A stretch of DNA of 27,443 bases from IMG/VR virus record IMGVR_UViG_3300034777_000409, positions 1 through 27,443 of that record; one strand, given 5' to 3'. This document shows positions 6,903 through 16,820 of this stretch, one piece after another (positions within the stretch are counted from its first letter, which is position 1; each line of letters begins with the position of its first letter). This stretch comes from a virus (taxonomy: Duplodnaviria > Caudoviricetes). Made by a program: the position numbers and the translations under genes. The notes below the pieces were generated by a model. The model was not told the DNA's origin. It worked only from the letters and a program-made list of their open reading frames with translations, and ran no database searches.

Positions 6903-7297
6903 TGAAAAAAATTTGGCAGTGGCTTACTGGTTCTGTTATAAAAGAGGTTGGCGAGGTTTTAGATAACCTAACTACAACTAAAGAAGAAAAATTAGAGGCG
7001 CAACGCCTTATAACAGAAATACTAGAAAAAGCAGATAAAGAAGCGCAAGAGCAGGTCACAGCAAGATGGCAAGCGGATATGGCCTCTGATTCTATGTTGT
7101 CTAAAAATATAAGGCCATTAGTATTAATATATTTAACTGTTATATTTACAGTTTGTGCATTTTTTGATGGCAATATAGGTGAGTTTAGCATTGCTGAAGA
7201 ATACATACCTATATTTCAAACACTCTTAGTTACAGTGTATGGAGCCTATTTTGTAGGTCGTAGCTGGGAGAAAGCAAAATCCATGCAATCAAAATAA
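6902..7297 (+). CDS. Holin (3TM / GTA-type holin family)
   Basis: RWQADMASDSMLSKNIRPL motif followed by hydrophobic helices and GAYFVGRSWEK. Confidence 0.8.
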   Translation: MKKIWQWLTGSVIKEVGEVLDNLTTTKEEKLEAQRLITEILEKADKEAQEQVTARWQADMASDSMLSKNIRPLVLIYLTVIFTVCAFFDGNIGEFSIAEEYIPIFQTLLVTVYGAYFVGRSWEKAKSMQSK

Positions 7298-7316
7298 TTA
7301 ACTTAAATTAAATTAA

Positions 7317-7550
7317 ATGACAAAAATTAAAGATAAGCAACTAACTAAAGTACGTGAGCAGCAAACTAAACTAAATGAACTATTAAATCAAATGGGTTAT
7401 TTAGAAGCTCAAAAGCACGGGTTGCTGCATGAGTTTGCAAATGTTAGTAAACAAGTGGAGGATTATAAAAAAGAACTTGAAGCTGAATATGGCCAAGTAA
7501 ATATTAATCTTGAAACTGGAGAATACACAGAGCTAAATAAGGATGGATAA
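7317..7550 (+). CDS. Small coiled-coil hypothetical protein
   Basis: Heptad-like L/Q/E/K pattern ending ELEAEYGQVNINLETGE. Confidence 0.75.
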   Translation: MTKIKDKQLTKVREQQTKLNELLNQMGYLEAQKHGLLHEFANVSKQVEDYKKELEAEYGQVNINLETGEYTELNKDG

Positions 7551-7770
7551 CAATATAAGAAAAATCAGTATTGGCTCTGATTATAAGAACGACGCAATGC
7601 ACTATTCTGTAGGGCAGCAGGTTTATGGTGGGCACGAAATATCAAATATATTATTTGACAATACTGACAACTCTTACAACATTTATATAAAAAAACAAAA
7701 CGAGGTGTTGCCGTGGAAAAAGTTTAATCAAAACATGGCAATATCCGTTGAGTATGATTTAGAGTATTAA
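7543..7770 (+). CDS. Hypothetical phage protein (75 aa)
   Basis: Overlaps both neighbours (translational coupling); beta-rich pattern. Confidence 0.75.
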   Translation: MDNNIRKISIGSDYKNDAMHYSVGQQVYGGHEISNILFDNTDNSYNIYIKKQNEVLPWKKFNQNMAISVEYDLEY

Positions 7771-8375
7771 TGGAGAGCCTGTATAGTTTTATTGTTAAAC
7801 CCGCAGAAGGTAGATACAATAACAAAAAAAAAGTTGGCGACAATGATTTGATATTGAATACCAATATAGAGTCTTTTCGCTATATAAGCAAGGAAGCTAT
7901 TGTTGTAGCCACGCCTAAGGCTTTTAAAACAAATATAGAGCCAGGCGATAAAGTTATTATACATCATAACATATTTAGAAGATATTATGATATTAAAGGC
8001 AAAGAAAAAAATGGCAGTACATATTTTAAAAATGATTTGTATTTTGTCAATATGGATCAAGTCTATATGTATAAAAAAAATAAAACATGGCACGCAAATT
8101 TAGAATATTGTTTTATAAAACCTGTTAAAGAAAACGCTATGTTTTCAATTAATTTTGAGAAGCCCCTAGTTGGTATATTAAAATATGGAAATAAGACGTT
8201 AGAAGCGCTTAAAATAAGCCCAGGAGACTTAATTGGGTTTACACCCTTTGGTGAGTTTGAGTTTATTATAAATAATGAGCGCTTATATTGTATGAAATCA
8301 AATGATATTGTAATTAAATATGACCGTAAAGGAAACGAAAAAGAGTATAATCCAAGCTGGGCGACGCGCAGTTAG
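7770..8375 (+). CDS. Tandem two-domain GroES-like protein
   Basis: Two units, each F-I/V-KP...GD-K/L-V/I; the second has EKPLVG and ends ERLYCMKSNDIV, resembling the GroES C-terminus. Confidence 0.65.
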   Translation: MESLYSFIVKPAEGRYNNKKKVGDNDLILNTNIESFRYISKEAIVVATPKAFKTNIEPGDKVIIHHNIFRRYYDIKGKEKNGSTYFKNDLYFVNMDQVYMYKKNKTWHANLEYCFIKPVKENAMFSINFEKPLVGILKYGNKTLEALKISPGDLIGFTPFGEFEFIINNERLYCMKSNDIVIKYDRKGNEKEYNPSWATRS

Positions 8376-8595
8376 CGAGCTTATAAAAGTTGCAGAAGAA
8401 AAAATTATCACCAACACCGAAGATGATGTTTCGGCTGACCGACTTAAAAACGCTGCGGCCACCAAAAAGCTGGCTATATTTGATGCATTTGAAATTTTAA
8501 ATCGCATAGAAGAAGAGCAGGCTATGCTTGATGGAAAAGAAAATAATACACGAGCAAGTTCGTTTAAAGGTTTTGCGGAGGGTAGGTCACAATGA
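8320..8595 (+). CDS. Small helical protein, candidate terminase small subunit
   Basis: Directly upstream of the large terminase with an ATGA overlap; function inferred from position only. Confidence 0.55.
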   Translation: MTVKETKKSIIQAGRRAVSELIKVAEEKIITNTEDDVSADRLKNAAATKKLAIFDAFEILNRIEEEQAMLDGKENNTRASSFKGFAEGRSQ

Positions 8596-10805
8596 TATAC
8601 GAGCAAACATTATATAAGGTTTTACCTGATCACATTAAAAAAAGCGTGATTAAGAAAAACAACCGTTATAAAAAATGGAAATATGGCTATAACAAAGAAT
8701 ATGACGTTGTAGTAATAAGCAAGACCGGGCAGATAGGTGAGATATATGAAATACAAAACTTAAAAATAGCACTGCCTAAAGAAACAAGCGTGCACGCTTT
8801 TAAGGCAGACAAATGGGGCAGATTAGATTATCCTAAAGAGCTGCAAAAAATTAAAAGTGTATTTGAATGGAACGCAAAGCCTGAGTATTTCAAGGATAAA
8901 TATTATGACTACATTGATAAAGAATTTAATCGCAGATCGCAAGGGTTTTGGTTCTATAATAAGGGTTTGGCTACTTACGTTACTGGTACTCACTTTATGT
9001 ACCTGCAGTGGGCCAAAATTGATGTTGGGGCAGCAGAATTTAGGGAGTCAAACAGACTATTTTTTATATTCTGGGAAGCTTGCAAAGCGGACGCAAGATG
9101 CTATGGCATGTGCTACCTCAAAAACAGACGGTCTGGCTTTAGCTTCATGGCATCAGGGGAAACTGTTAACCTTGCAACAATATCTAGTGACTCAAGATTC
9201 GGTATATTATCAAAATCAGGGGCTGATGCTAAAAAAATGTTTACAGACAAGGTAGTGCCTATATCGGTAAATTACCCTTTCTTTTTTAAACCAATACAAG
9301 ACGGTATGGACCGTCCAAAAACAGAATTAGCATACAGGGTTCCTGCTTCAAAGCTAACTCGAAGAAAACTTGATCAAGGTGAAAACCCAGAAGAGCTCGA
9401 GGGGTTAGACACAACTATTGACTGGAAAAACACAGGTGACAACAGTTATGATGGTGAAAAATTAAAACTGTTAGTTCACGATGAAAGCGGTAAATGGGAA
9501 AGACCTGATAATATATTAAATAACTGGCGAGTAACAAAAACTTGTTTGCGCTTAGGGTCTAGGATTGTGGGTAAGTGTATGATGGGTTCAACATCTAACT
9601 CTTTAGACAAAGGAGGGGGAAATTTTAAAAAACTATATTACGCTTCAGATGTTACAAAAAGAAACCGCAATGGACAGACTAGCTCGGGACTATATAGTTT
9701 GTTCATACCTATGGAATGGAACTACGAAGGATTCATTAACTCTTATGGGATACCTGTATTCAATACACCCAAAAAGCCCGTTAAAGGCCCTTACGGAGAG
9801 TCGATAGATCAAGGGGTTATTGAGCACTGGCAAAATGAAGTTGATGGTCTTAAAAGTGATCAAGATGGATTAAATGAATATTATCGTCAATTCCCAAGAA
9901 CGGAGCAGCATGCTTTTAGGGATGAGGCTAAAGAGTCTTTATTCAATCTAACTAAAATATATCAGCAAATAGATTACAACGAAGATTTAAAAAACTCTAG
10001 CACTGTAACACGCGGAAGCTTTTATTGGGAAAACGGTATTCAAGATACAAGAGTAATATTTTCGCCTAATAAAGATGGAAGATTTTTAATATCTTGGATT
10101 CCTAATAAAAACCAACAAAACCGTGTAATAGTAAAAAATGGTATAAAATACCCAGGCAATGAACATATGGGTGCGTTTGGTTGTGATAGTTATGACATAT
10201 CAGGAACGACTGATGGCAAAGGATCAAAAGGGTCTTTGCATGGCTTAACAAAGTTTAGTTTAGAAGATGCGCCGGCTAATACGTTTTTTTTAGAATATAT
10301 TTCAAGACCACAGACAGCTGAAATATTTTTTGAGGACGTACTTATGGCTTTAGTATTTTATGGAATGCCAATATTAGCTGAAAATAATAAGCCTCGATTA
10401 TTGTATTATTTAAAAAGAAGAGGATATAGAGGATTTTCAATGAACCGCCCGGATAAGCTTTTAAATAAGCTTTCGGTTACAGAAAAAGAAATAGGAGGAA
10501 TGCCTAACTCAAGCGAAGATATTAAACAAGCCCACGCGGCTGCTATTGAGAGTTATATAGAAACTTACGTAGGCCTATTAAGCGACAATACCTACGGGAC
10601 TACATACTTTCAAAACACATTAGAAGATTGGGGTAAATTTAATATTAACAACAGAACTAAGCACGATGCCTCTATTAGCTCAGGCTTAGCTATAATGGCT
10701 TGTAATAAAAACAAATATAGCCCCAGGGCGGAAAAAATAATAAAATCACATACTTTAAGTATTAAAAAGTATAATAATAAAGGATATAGTTCAAAAATAA
10801 TATAA
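8592..10805 (+). CDS. terL: Terminase large subunit
   Basis: Walker A-like LKNRRSGFS, Walker B LLVHDESGK, coupling motif GSTS, RNase H-like nuclease FGCDSYD...ENN...HDA. Confidence 0.9.
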   Translation: MIYEQTLYKVLPDHIKKSVIKKNNRYKKWKYGYNKEYDVVVISKTGQIGEIYEIQNLKIALPKETSVHAFKADKWGRLDYPKELQKIKSVFEWNAKPEYFKDKYYDYIDKEFNRRSQGFWFYNKGLATYVTGTHFMYLQWAKIDVGAAEFRESNRLFFIFWEACKADARCYGMCYLKNRRSGFSFMASGETVNLATISSDSRFGILSKSGADAKKMFTDKVVPISVNYPFFFKPIQDGMDRPKTELAYRVPASKLTRRKLDQGENPEELEGLDTTIDWKNTGDNSYDGEKLKLLVHDESGKWERPDNILNNWRVTKTCLRLGSRIVGKCMMGSTSNSLDKGGGNFKKLYYASDVTKRNRNGQTSSGLYSLFIPMEWNYEGFINSYGIPVFNTPKKPVKGPYGESIDQGVIEHWQNEVDGLKSDQDGLNEYYRQFPRTEQHAFRDEAKESLFNLTKIYQQIDYNEDLKNSSTVTRGSFYWENGIQDTRVIFSPNKDGRFLISWIPNKNQQNRVIVKNGIKYPGNEHMGAFGCDSYDISGTTDGKGSKGSLHGLTKFSLEDAPANTFFLEYISRPQTAEIFFEDVLMALVFYGMPILAENNKPRLLYYLKRRGYRGFSMNRPDKLLNKLSVTEKEIGGMPNSSEDIKQAHAAAIESYIETYVGLLSDNTYGTTYFQNTLEDWGKFNINNRTKHDASISSGLAIMACNKNKYSPRAEKIIKSHTLSIKKYNNKGYSSKII

Positions 10806-13214
10806 ATGGTATATAGTAGCTACAATAGTTCATTTCCCGACCAGGTGGTACCCGCGGTGGAAAAGCTAAATTTAGAATACGGTGCAGCTGTAGGCAGGGC
10901 TATCGAAAACGAATGGTTTAGAAATAACCGAGGCAATGATAGGTTTACGGCTAACTTCCAAAATTTTCATAGGCTAAAACTGTATGCCAGAGGAGAGCAG
11001 CCTATACAAAAATACAAAGATGAGTTAGCAATTAACGGTGATTTATCTTACTTAAATTTAGATTGGAAACCAATCCCTGTAATATCTAAGTTTGTTGACA
11101 TTGTTGTAAATGGAATGTCGCAAAGAAGTTATGAGATAAAAGCATTTGCTCAGGATCCTGAGTCTTTAAAGAAAAGAACAGATTACGCTGAGCGCTTGCA
11201 ACGCGATATGACAGCAAAAGATTTTTTAGATAATGTGGAAAGTACATTGGGGCTAAATTTATATTCAACAAACAAAGAGCAGCTCCCCAATGATATAAAC
11301 GAGCTATCATTAAAAATGCAGCTTGAATTTAAAGAATCTGTAGAAATAGCCGAAGAAGAAGCTATTAATACAATATTAGATAAAAATAGATACGACGAGT
11401 TGAGAAAGCGGGTCCTTTATGATTTAGTTGTTACTGGCATTGGTGCTACTAAAACAAATTTTAACCCCTCTGATGGCGTAAAGGTTGAATATGTTGACCC
11501 AGCTAGCATGGTGTACTCTTATACAGAAGACCCAAACTTTGAAGATTTATATTATGTTGGTGAAGTTAAAACAATATCATTAGCAGAAGTTAAAAAGCAA
11601 TTTCCTTATTTATCAGATCAAGAGTTATCTGAAATACAAAAGTGGGGTAGCAGCCCTAACAATCATTTAAGAAATTATTACGGAGCTGGAACAGACGACA
11701 ACCAAATTAATATTTTATTTTTTGAATACAAAACATATAATGATCAAGTATTTAAAATTAAAAGAAATGATGCTGGCCTAGAAAAGACTCTAGAAAAGCC
11801 AGATACATTTAACCCGCCTAAAAATGATAACTTTGAAAGGGTGGGCCGAAGCATAGAGGTTTTATATTCCGGAGCTAAAGTGCTGGGCTACAATAAAATG
11901 CTCAAATGGGATTTAGCAGAAAATATGACTCGCCCATTTGCTGATACAACTAAAATAAAAATGAATTATTCAATTTGTGCACCAAGAATGTACAAGGGGA
12001 GAATAGATTCTTTAGTAAATAGAATAACTGGATTTGCTGATATGATTCAAATAACACATTTGAAAATGCAGCAAGTTATTAGCAGGGTGGTACCAGACGG
12101 TGTTTATCTTGATGTTGATGGCTTAGCCGAAGTTGACTTAGGAAACGGAACAAACTATAATCCAGCTGAGGCGCTTAATATGTACTTCCAAACCGGTAGC
12201 ATTGTAGGTAGGAGCTTAACACAAGATGGTGATATTAATAGAGGCAAGGTGCCAATTCAGGAGCTGCAGTCGTCTAATGGCATGAGTAAGCTTTCGGCTT
12301 TAATATCTACATATCAGTATTATTTACAAATGATTCGGGACGTGACCGGGCTAAATGAAGCAAGAGACGGTAGTACACCGGATAAAAATGCTTTGGTAGG
12401 TTTACAAAAAATAGCGGCAGCTAATTCTAATACAGCCACAAGACACATATTACAAGCTCAATTGTTTATTACATTATCAACGTGTGAAAATGTTGCACTT
12501 CGATTAGCAGACGCTTTAGCGTACCCGCTAACAGCAGAATCTTTAAAAAAATCTGTAAGTAATTACAACGTGGGTACCCTAGAGGAATTAGCCTCGCTAC
12601 AGATGCATGACTTTGGCATATTTTTAGAACTAATGCCGGACGATGAAGAAAAAGCAAAACTAGAAAACAATGTGCAAACAGCCTTGTCCGCCGGATTAAT
12701 TGGTCTAGACGACGCAATAGATATTAGAAACATTGCAAATATAAAAACCGCTAATGAGTTTTTAAAGATTAGGCAACAGCAAAAAGCCAAGCGTGATCAA
12801 CAAGCGCAGCAGGCTAACATTGCAGCCCAAGCTCAAGCAAACGCCCAATTAGCCGAACAAACCGCTTTAGCTGAAACACAAAAGCAGCAAGTTATAAATG
12901 AACAAAAGATACAGCTAGAGCAGGCTAAAGTGCAATTCGAAATTCAAAAGCTGCAGCAAGAGGCGGCTATTAAAAAGCAATTAATGGGTGAGGAGTTTAA
13001 TTATAACATGGAGCTCGCTCGAATAAACTCTCAAGCACAAACCACCAAAGAAAATAATAAAGAAGACCGTAAAGATAACCGCTCTAAATTGGTTGCATCA
13101 CAGCAAAGCGAGCTTATTAATCAACGGCAAAACAATACTCCACCAAAAAGCTTTGAATCTTCGGGTTTTGATGTTTTAGGCGGGTTTGGTTTAGAACAAT
13201 TTGAACCAAAGTAA
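10806..13214 (+). CDS. Portal protein
   Basis: 802 aa directly after terL; PVISKFVDIVVNGM, RDVTGLNEARDG and a Q/A-rich C-terminal coiled coil (barrel) as in P22/crAss-type portals. Confidence 0.85.
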   Translation: MVYSSYNSSFPDQVVPAVEKLNLEYGAAVGRAIENEWFRNNRGNDRFTANFQNFHRLKLYARGEQPIQKYKDELAINGDLSYLNLDWKPIPVISKFVDIVVNGMSQRSYEIKAFAQDPESLKKRTDYAERLQRDMTAKDFLDNVESTLGLNLYSTNKEQLPNDINELSLKMQLEFKESVEIAEEEAINTILDKNRYDELRKRVLYDLVVTGIGATKTNFNPSDGVKVEYVDPASMVYSYTEDPNFEDLYYVGEVKTISLAEVKKQFPYLSDQELSEIQKWGSSPNNHLRNYYGAGTDDNQINILFFEYKTYNDQVFKIKRNDAGLEKTLEKPDTFNPPKNDNFERVGRSIEVLYSGAKVLGYNKMLKWDLAENMTRPFADTTKIKMNYSICAPRMYKGRIDSLVNRITGFADMIQITHLKMQQVISRVVPDGVYLDVDGLAEVDLGNGTNYNPAEALNMYFQTGSIVGRSLTQDGDINRGKVPIQELQSSNGMSKLSALISTYQYYLQMIRDVTGLNEARDGSTPDKNALVGLQKIAAANSNTATRHILQAQLFITLSTCENVALRLADALAYPLTAESLKKSVSNYNVGTLEELASLQMHDFGIFLELMPDDEEKAKLENNVQTALSAGLIGLDDAIDIRNIANIKTANEFLKIRQQQKAKRDQQAQQANIAAQAQANAQLAEQTALAETQKQQVINEQKIQLEQAKVQFEIQKLQQEAAIKKQLMGEEFNYNMELARINSQAQTTKENNKEDRKDNRSKLVASQQSELINQRQNNTPPKSFESSGFDVLGGFGLEQFEPK

Positions 13215-13245
13215 TTTTTTACTAATTATTTAATTATATTATATT

Positions 13246-14460
13246 ATGGCTGAAGTAAAGCAAGAAGGGGAATTTAAAGTTAAATCCCGTAAAATGAAAA
13301 ACCTAGCTAAGCAAGATAAACCTATTAAAGTAGATCTTGCCGCTAAAAAAGAAGAACAAGCTGCAAAGGTAGAAGCAGTAAAGGTAGATTTAACGGAAAA
13401 AAAAGAAGAAGATGCCGTTCAAACACAGGAGACAAATGATAGCGATGCTGTTATCGAAAAGCAAGAAGACACAGCAGACAGCAAAGAAGTGGTTGAAGAA
13501 GTACGGTCCACCGAAGAAGAATTAAAAGAAGACGTACAGGTAATTCAAGAAATTACAGAAGAAGAAGTTGAAGCAAAAACTGAAGATTTACAAAATCAAG
13601 TACAAGAAGCGGTTCAACAATCCACAGAACAAAATATTAATCTGCCAGAAAATATTCAAAAAGTTGTAGACTTTATGAATGAAACCGGCGGAACATTACA
13701 AGATTATGTTCGCTTAAACGCGGATTACAGTAATATATCTGATGGGGTTTTGTTACAAGAATATTACACTAAAACAAAACCTTATTTAGAACGTGAAGAT
13801 ATTAACCTCTTATTAGAAGATTTTTCATACGATGAAGAATTAGACGACGAGAGAGATGTACGCAAAAAGAAAATAGCGTATAAAGAAGAAATTGCAAAGG
13901 CCAAAAACTATTTGGAAGGCTTAAAGAGTAAATACTACGACGAGATCAAGTTGAGACCGGGCGTTACTCAAGAGCAACAAAAAGCTATGGACTTTTTCAA
14001 TAGATATAACGAAGAGCAACGCAATAATGAGAATATAAGAAAAGGTTTCTTAAATGGTACTAATAATTATTTTGCTAATGAATTCAAAGGTTTTGATTTC
14101 AGTGTTGGTGAAAAGAAATTTAGGTACAACGTTAAAGACACTAATTCCGTTATGGAAAAACAGAGTGATTTAAAAAGCGTCATTGGAAAGTTTCTAAATG
14201 ACAAAGGAGAAGTTAAAAATTACTCTCAATACCATAAAGCCATATATGCGGCCAGAAATGCTGATACTATTGCCCAACATTTTTATGAGCAAGGAAAAAC
14301 AGATGCAGTGCGCGAGATAACAGCTAAATCAAATAATGTTTCAACTGAAATCAGACAAAGTGCACCTGATAGCGTGTTTGTAAATGGGTTAAAAGTAAAA
14401 GTAATTGGTGGCGATGATTCTTCAAAATTAAAAATTAAAAAAATTAAACTTAACAGCTAA
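13246..14460 (+). CDS. Acidic scaffolding-like capsid assembly protein
   Basis: Lies between portal and capsid; E/D/K-rich disordered N-half, helical core, basic C-terminal tip. Confidence 0.65.
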   Translation: MAEVKQEGEFKVKSRKMKNLAKQDKPIKVDLAAKKEEQAAKVEAVKVDLTEKKEEDAVQTQETNDSDAVIEKQEDTADSKEVVEEVRSTEEELKEDVQVIQEITEEEVEAKTEDLQNQVQEAVQQSTEQNINLPENIQKVVDFMNETGGTLQDYVRLNADYSNISDGVLLQEYYTKTKPYLEREDINLLLEDFSYDEELDDERDVRKKKIAYKEEIAKAKNYLEGLKSKYYDEIKLRPGVTQEQQKAMDFFNRYNEEQRNNENIRKGFLNGTNNYFANEFKGFDFSVGEKKFRYNVKDTNSVMEKQSDLKSVIGKFLNDKGEVKNYSQYHKAIYAARNADTIAQHFYEQGKTDAVREITAKSNNVSTEIRQSAPDSVFVNGLKVKVIGGDDSSKLKIKKIKLNS

Positions 14461-14473
14461 AAAAAAATAAAAA

Positions 14474-15916
14474 ATGGCTATTACACCTTTATTTGGGGAC
14501 ATTGTCCCAACAGCAAAACCTGTACCTACTATTGGTAGTTATCTAGACTTTACTAGTGGAGCAGGAAATGACTTCTCACAGCAATATTTGCCTGAGATTT
14601 ATGAAGCAGAAGTAGAACGATATGGTAATCGTACACTTTCTGGCTTTCTTAGTATGGTAGGCGCTGAAATGCCTATGACTTCTGACCAAGTTGTTTGGTC
14701 TGAGCAAAATCGTTTGCACGTATCTTATGACGCGTGTACAATTGCAGCTGCTGGCAACGCAGAAGTTGTAATTAACGACGCTGAGAACAAAATTGGCGGG
14801 GGTGCCGGACAGCACGATCACGCTATCCGTGTAAACCAATTGATTGTTGTATTTGATCCAGCTAGTGGAACAGAGCAAAAAGCAATTGTAAAAACAGTCA
14901 CCGGTACAACCGTAGACGCTTATCCTTTTGATGCGAACGCATGGAACGCTACTATTGTAGCCGCTGCTGCATTGAAAGTATTTGTATTTGGTTCTGAGTT
15001 TGCAAAAGGAACTAACGGAATGGACGGTGCTGTTGACGCTACCTTCACTCAGTTTAGCAATTCTCCTATTATCATTAAAGATAAATATGAGGTTTCTGGT
15101 TCTGATACAGCTCAAATCGGTTGGGTTGAAGTGGCTACTGAAGACGGTACATCTGGCTTCTTATGGTACTTGAAGGCTGAATCTGAAACTCGCTTACGTT
15201 TTCAAGATTATCTTGAAATGTCTGTAGTTGAAGCCGAGCCTGCTGATCAAGCAGCTGGTGGTATTTCTGCAGCTTCACAAGGCGCTAAAGGATCTGAAGG
15301 TCTTTTCTACGCTATCGAAGATCGCGGAAACGTACACACTGGAGGTATTGGTGGCATCAAAGCTGATTTTGATCCTATCCTTAAAAACTTGGATACTCAA
15401 GGGGCTATCGAAGAAAATATGCTTTTCTTAGATCGTGATACAAACCTACAGTTTGACGATGCATTGGCTGATCTTTCTAACGGTGCTAACGGTGGTACTG
15501 CTTATGGATTGTTTGAAAACTCCGAAGAAATGGCATTGAACCTTGGGTTCAGCGGTTTCCGAAGAGGTTCTTACGACTTTTATAAAACTGACTGGAAATA
15601 TTTGAACGACGCTTCAACAAGAGGTAATACTTCGCAGCTTACTGCTGAAGGTACTGACTCTATTGACGGGGTTCTTATTCCAGCCGGTACTTCAACTGTA
15701 TATGACCAAATCCTTGGAACTAACATCCGTAGACCTTTCTTGCATGTACGATACAGAGCTTCACAAGCTGACGATCGTAAAATGAAGTCTTGGTTAACTG
15801 GATCTGTTGGTGGTGCGGTCACATCTGATCTTGACGCTATGGAGGTACACTTCCTTTCTGAAAGATGCTTGTGTGTGCAAGGCGCTAACAACTTTGTATT
15901 GTTGAAAAACGCTTAG
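14474..15916 (+). CDS. Major capsid protein
   Basis: 480 aa at the expected position; codon use suggestive of high expression (GCT, GGT, TTC, AAC); followed by a strong terminator hairpin. Confidence 0.85.
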   Translation: MAITPLFGDIVPTAKPVPTIGSYLDFTSGAGNDFSQQYLPEIYEAEVERYGNRTLSGFLSMVGAEMPMTSDQVVWSEQNRLHVSYDACTIAAAGNAEVVINDAENKIGGGAGQHDHAIRVNQLIVVFDPASGTEQKAIVKTVTGTTVDAYPFDANAWNATIVAAAALKVFVFGSEFAKGTNGMDGAVDATFTQFSNSPIIIKDKYEVSGSDTAQIGWVEVATEDGTSGFLWYLKAESETRLRFQDYLEMSVVEAEPADQAAGGISAASQGAKGSEGLFYAIEDRGNVHTGGIGGIKADFDPILKNLDTQGAIEENMLFLDRDTNLQFDDALADLSNGANGGTAYGLFENSEEMALNLGFSGFRRGSYDFYKTDWKYLNDASTRGNTSQLTAEGTDSIDGVLIPAGTSTVYDQILGTNIRRPFLHVRYRASQADDRKMKSWLTGSVGGAVTSDLDAMEVHFLSERCLCVQGANNFVLLKNA

Positions 15917-15927
15917 TAACCAATAAT

Positions 15928-15974
15928 GTAGTAACTACCCTCGTTATAATAACGGGGGTAGCTATTACTTTTTT
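15928..15974 (+). terminator. Rho-independent terminator after the capsid gene
   Basis: GTAGTAACTACCCTCGTTA-TAA-TAACGGGGGTAGCTATTAC: about 19-bp stem (one mismatch, two G-U pairs) followed by TTTTTT. Confidence 0.85.
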
Positions 15975-15996
15975 AACTATTTAATTTTATTATATC

Positions 15997-16758
15997 ATGG
16001 CAAAAGCTAAAGAACAGGCGGATCAATGGGAACTCAAAGACCGTCACTATTATTTAACGGGTAATAAAACACCATTAAGTTTTACTATACCCTCTAGACA
16101 CAAAGCAAATAAACCATTGCTTTGGTTTGACGCAGAAAAAGCGCAACAAAGAGAATTAAGATATGCGACTAATATGCCAACCCCCTTTCGCGACGAACAA
16201 AGCGGCGAGGCTACATTGGGTCATATATCATTTAAAAATGGGCACTTGCACGTGCCAAAAGAATATCAAGCGTTACAAAAGCTATTATCATTGTATCACC
16301 CATATAGAAACAAAAGATATGCGGAGTTAGATACTGTAATGGAAGCTGTTGATGAACTTGAAATGATTGAGCTTGAAATCCAAGCGCTTAATGCAGCAAC
16401 ATCAATAGACATTGATATGGCAGAGGCTATTATGCGTGTTGAAAGTGGCTCAGCTGTTTCTAAAATGAGCTCAAAAGAGCTTAAACGCGATTTATTGTTA
16501 TTTGCTAAACGTAATCCTAGATTGTTTTTAGAATTAGTAAATGATGATAACGTTCAATTACGTAACTTTGCAATCAAAGCAACAGAAGCAAATATTATAA
16601 AGCTTTCGCAAGATCAAAGATACTTTACTTGGGCAACCAACGGTAAAAAGCTTATGACTATACCGTTTGATGAAAACCCGTATTCTGCTATGGCCGCGTA
16701 CTTCAAAACCGATGAAGGTGTAGAAGTATTTAAGTCAATAGAGAAAAAGTTTAAATAA
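15997..16758 (+). CDS. Conserved post-capsid protein of unknown function
   Basis: 253-aa ORF between capsid and tail genes, flanked by two hairpins. Confidence 0.8.
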   Translation: MAKAKEQADQWELKDRHYYLTGNKTPLSFTIPSRHKANKPLLWFDAEKAQQRELRYATNMPTPFRDEQSGEATLGHISFKNGHLHVPKEYQALQKLLSLYHPYRNKRYAELDTVMEAVDELEMIELEIQALNAATSIDIDMAEAIMRVESGSAVSKMSSKELKRDLLLFAKRNPRLFLELVNDDNVQLRNFAIKATEANIIKLSQDQRYFTWATNGKKLMTIPFDENPYSAMAAYFKTDEGVEVFKSIEKKFK

Positions 16759-16772
16759 CATGTAACTATAAT

Positions 16773-16805
16773 AAGGCGGCGGTACCTACATTGCCGCCTT
16801 TTATT
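16773..16805 (+). terminator. Probable intrinsic terminator/attenuator
   Basis: AAGGCGGCGGT-ACCTAC-ATTGCCGCCTT stem followed by TTATT; the short U tract suggests read-through. Confidence 0.7.
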
Positions 16806-16820
16806 AAAATATAACAACAA

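Noticed and set aside
8592-10805. Intein or intron in the long terminase
   Set aside because: No C/S...HN splice motifs or homing-endonuclease signature seen; the frame is continuous and the extra length is N-terminal.
50-15916. Stop-codon reassignment as in some crAss-like phages
   Set aside because: Long genes are intact under the standard code, and TAG/TGA end genes at sensible positions (340, 1930, 2174, 8595, 15916).
15902-15985. -1 frameshift extension of the capsid protein at G AAA AAC before the hairpin
   Set aside because: Not a canonical X XXY YYZ heptamer; the spacer to the stem is about 17 nt; the shifted frame closes after about 25 codons; a terminator explains the hairpin.
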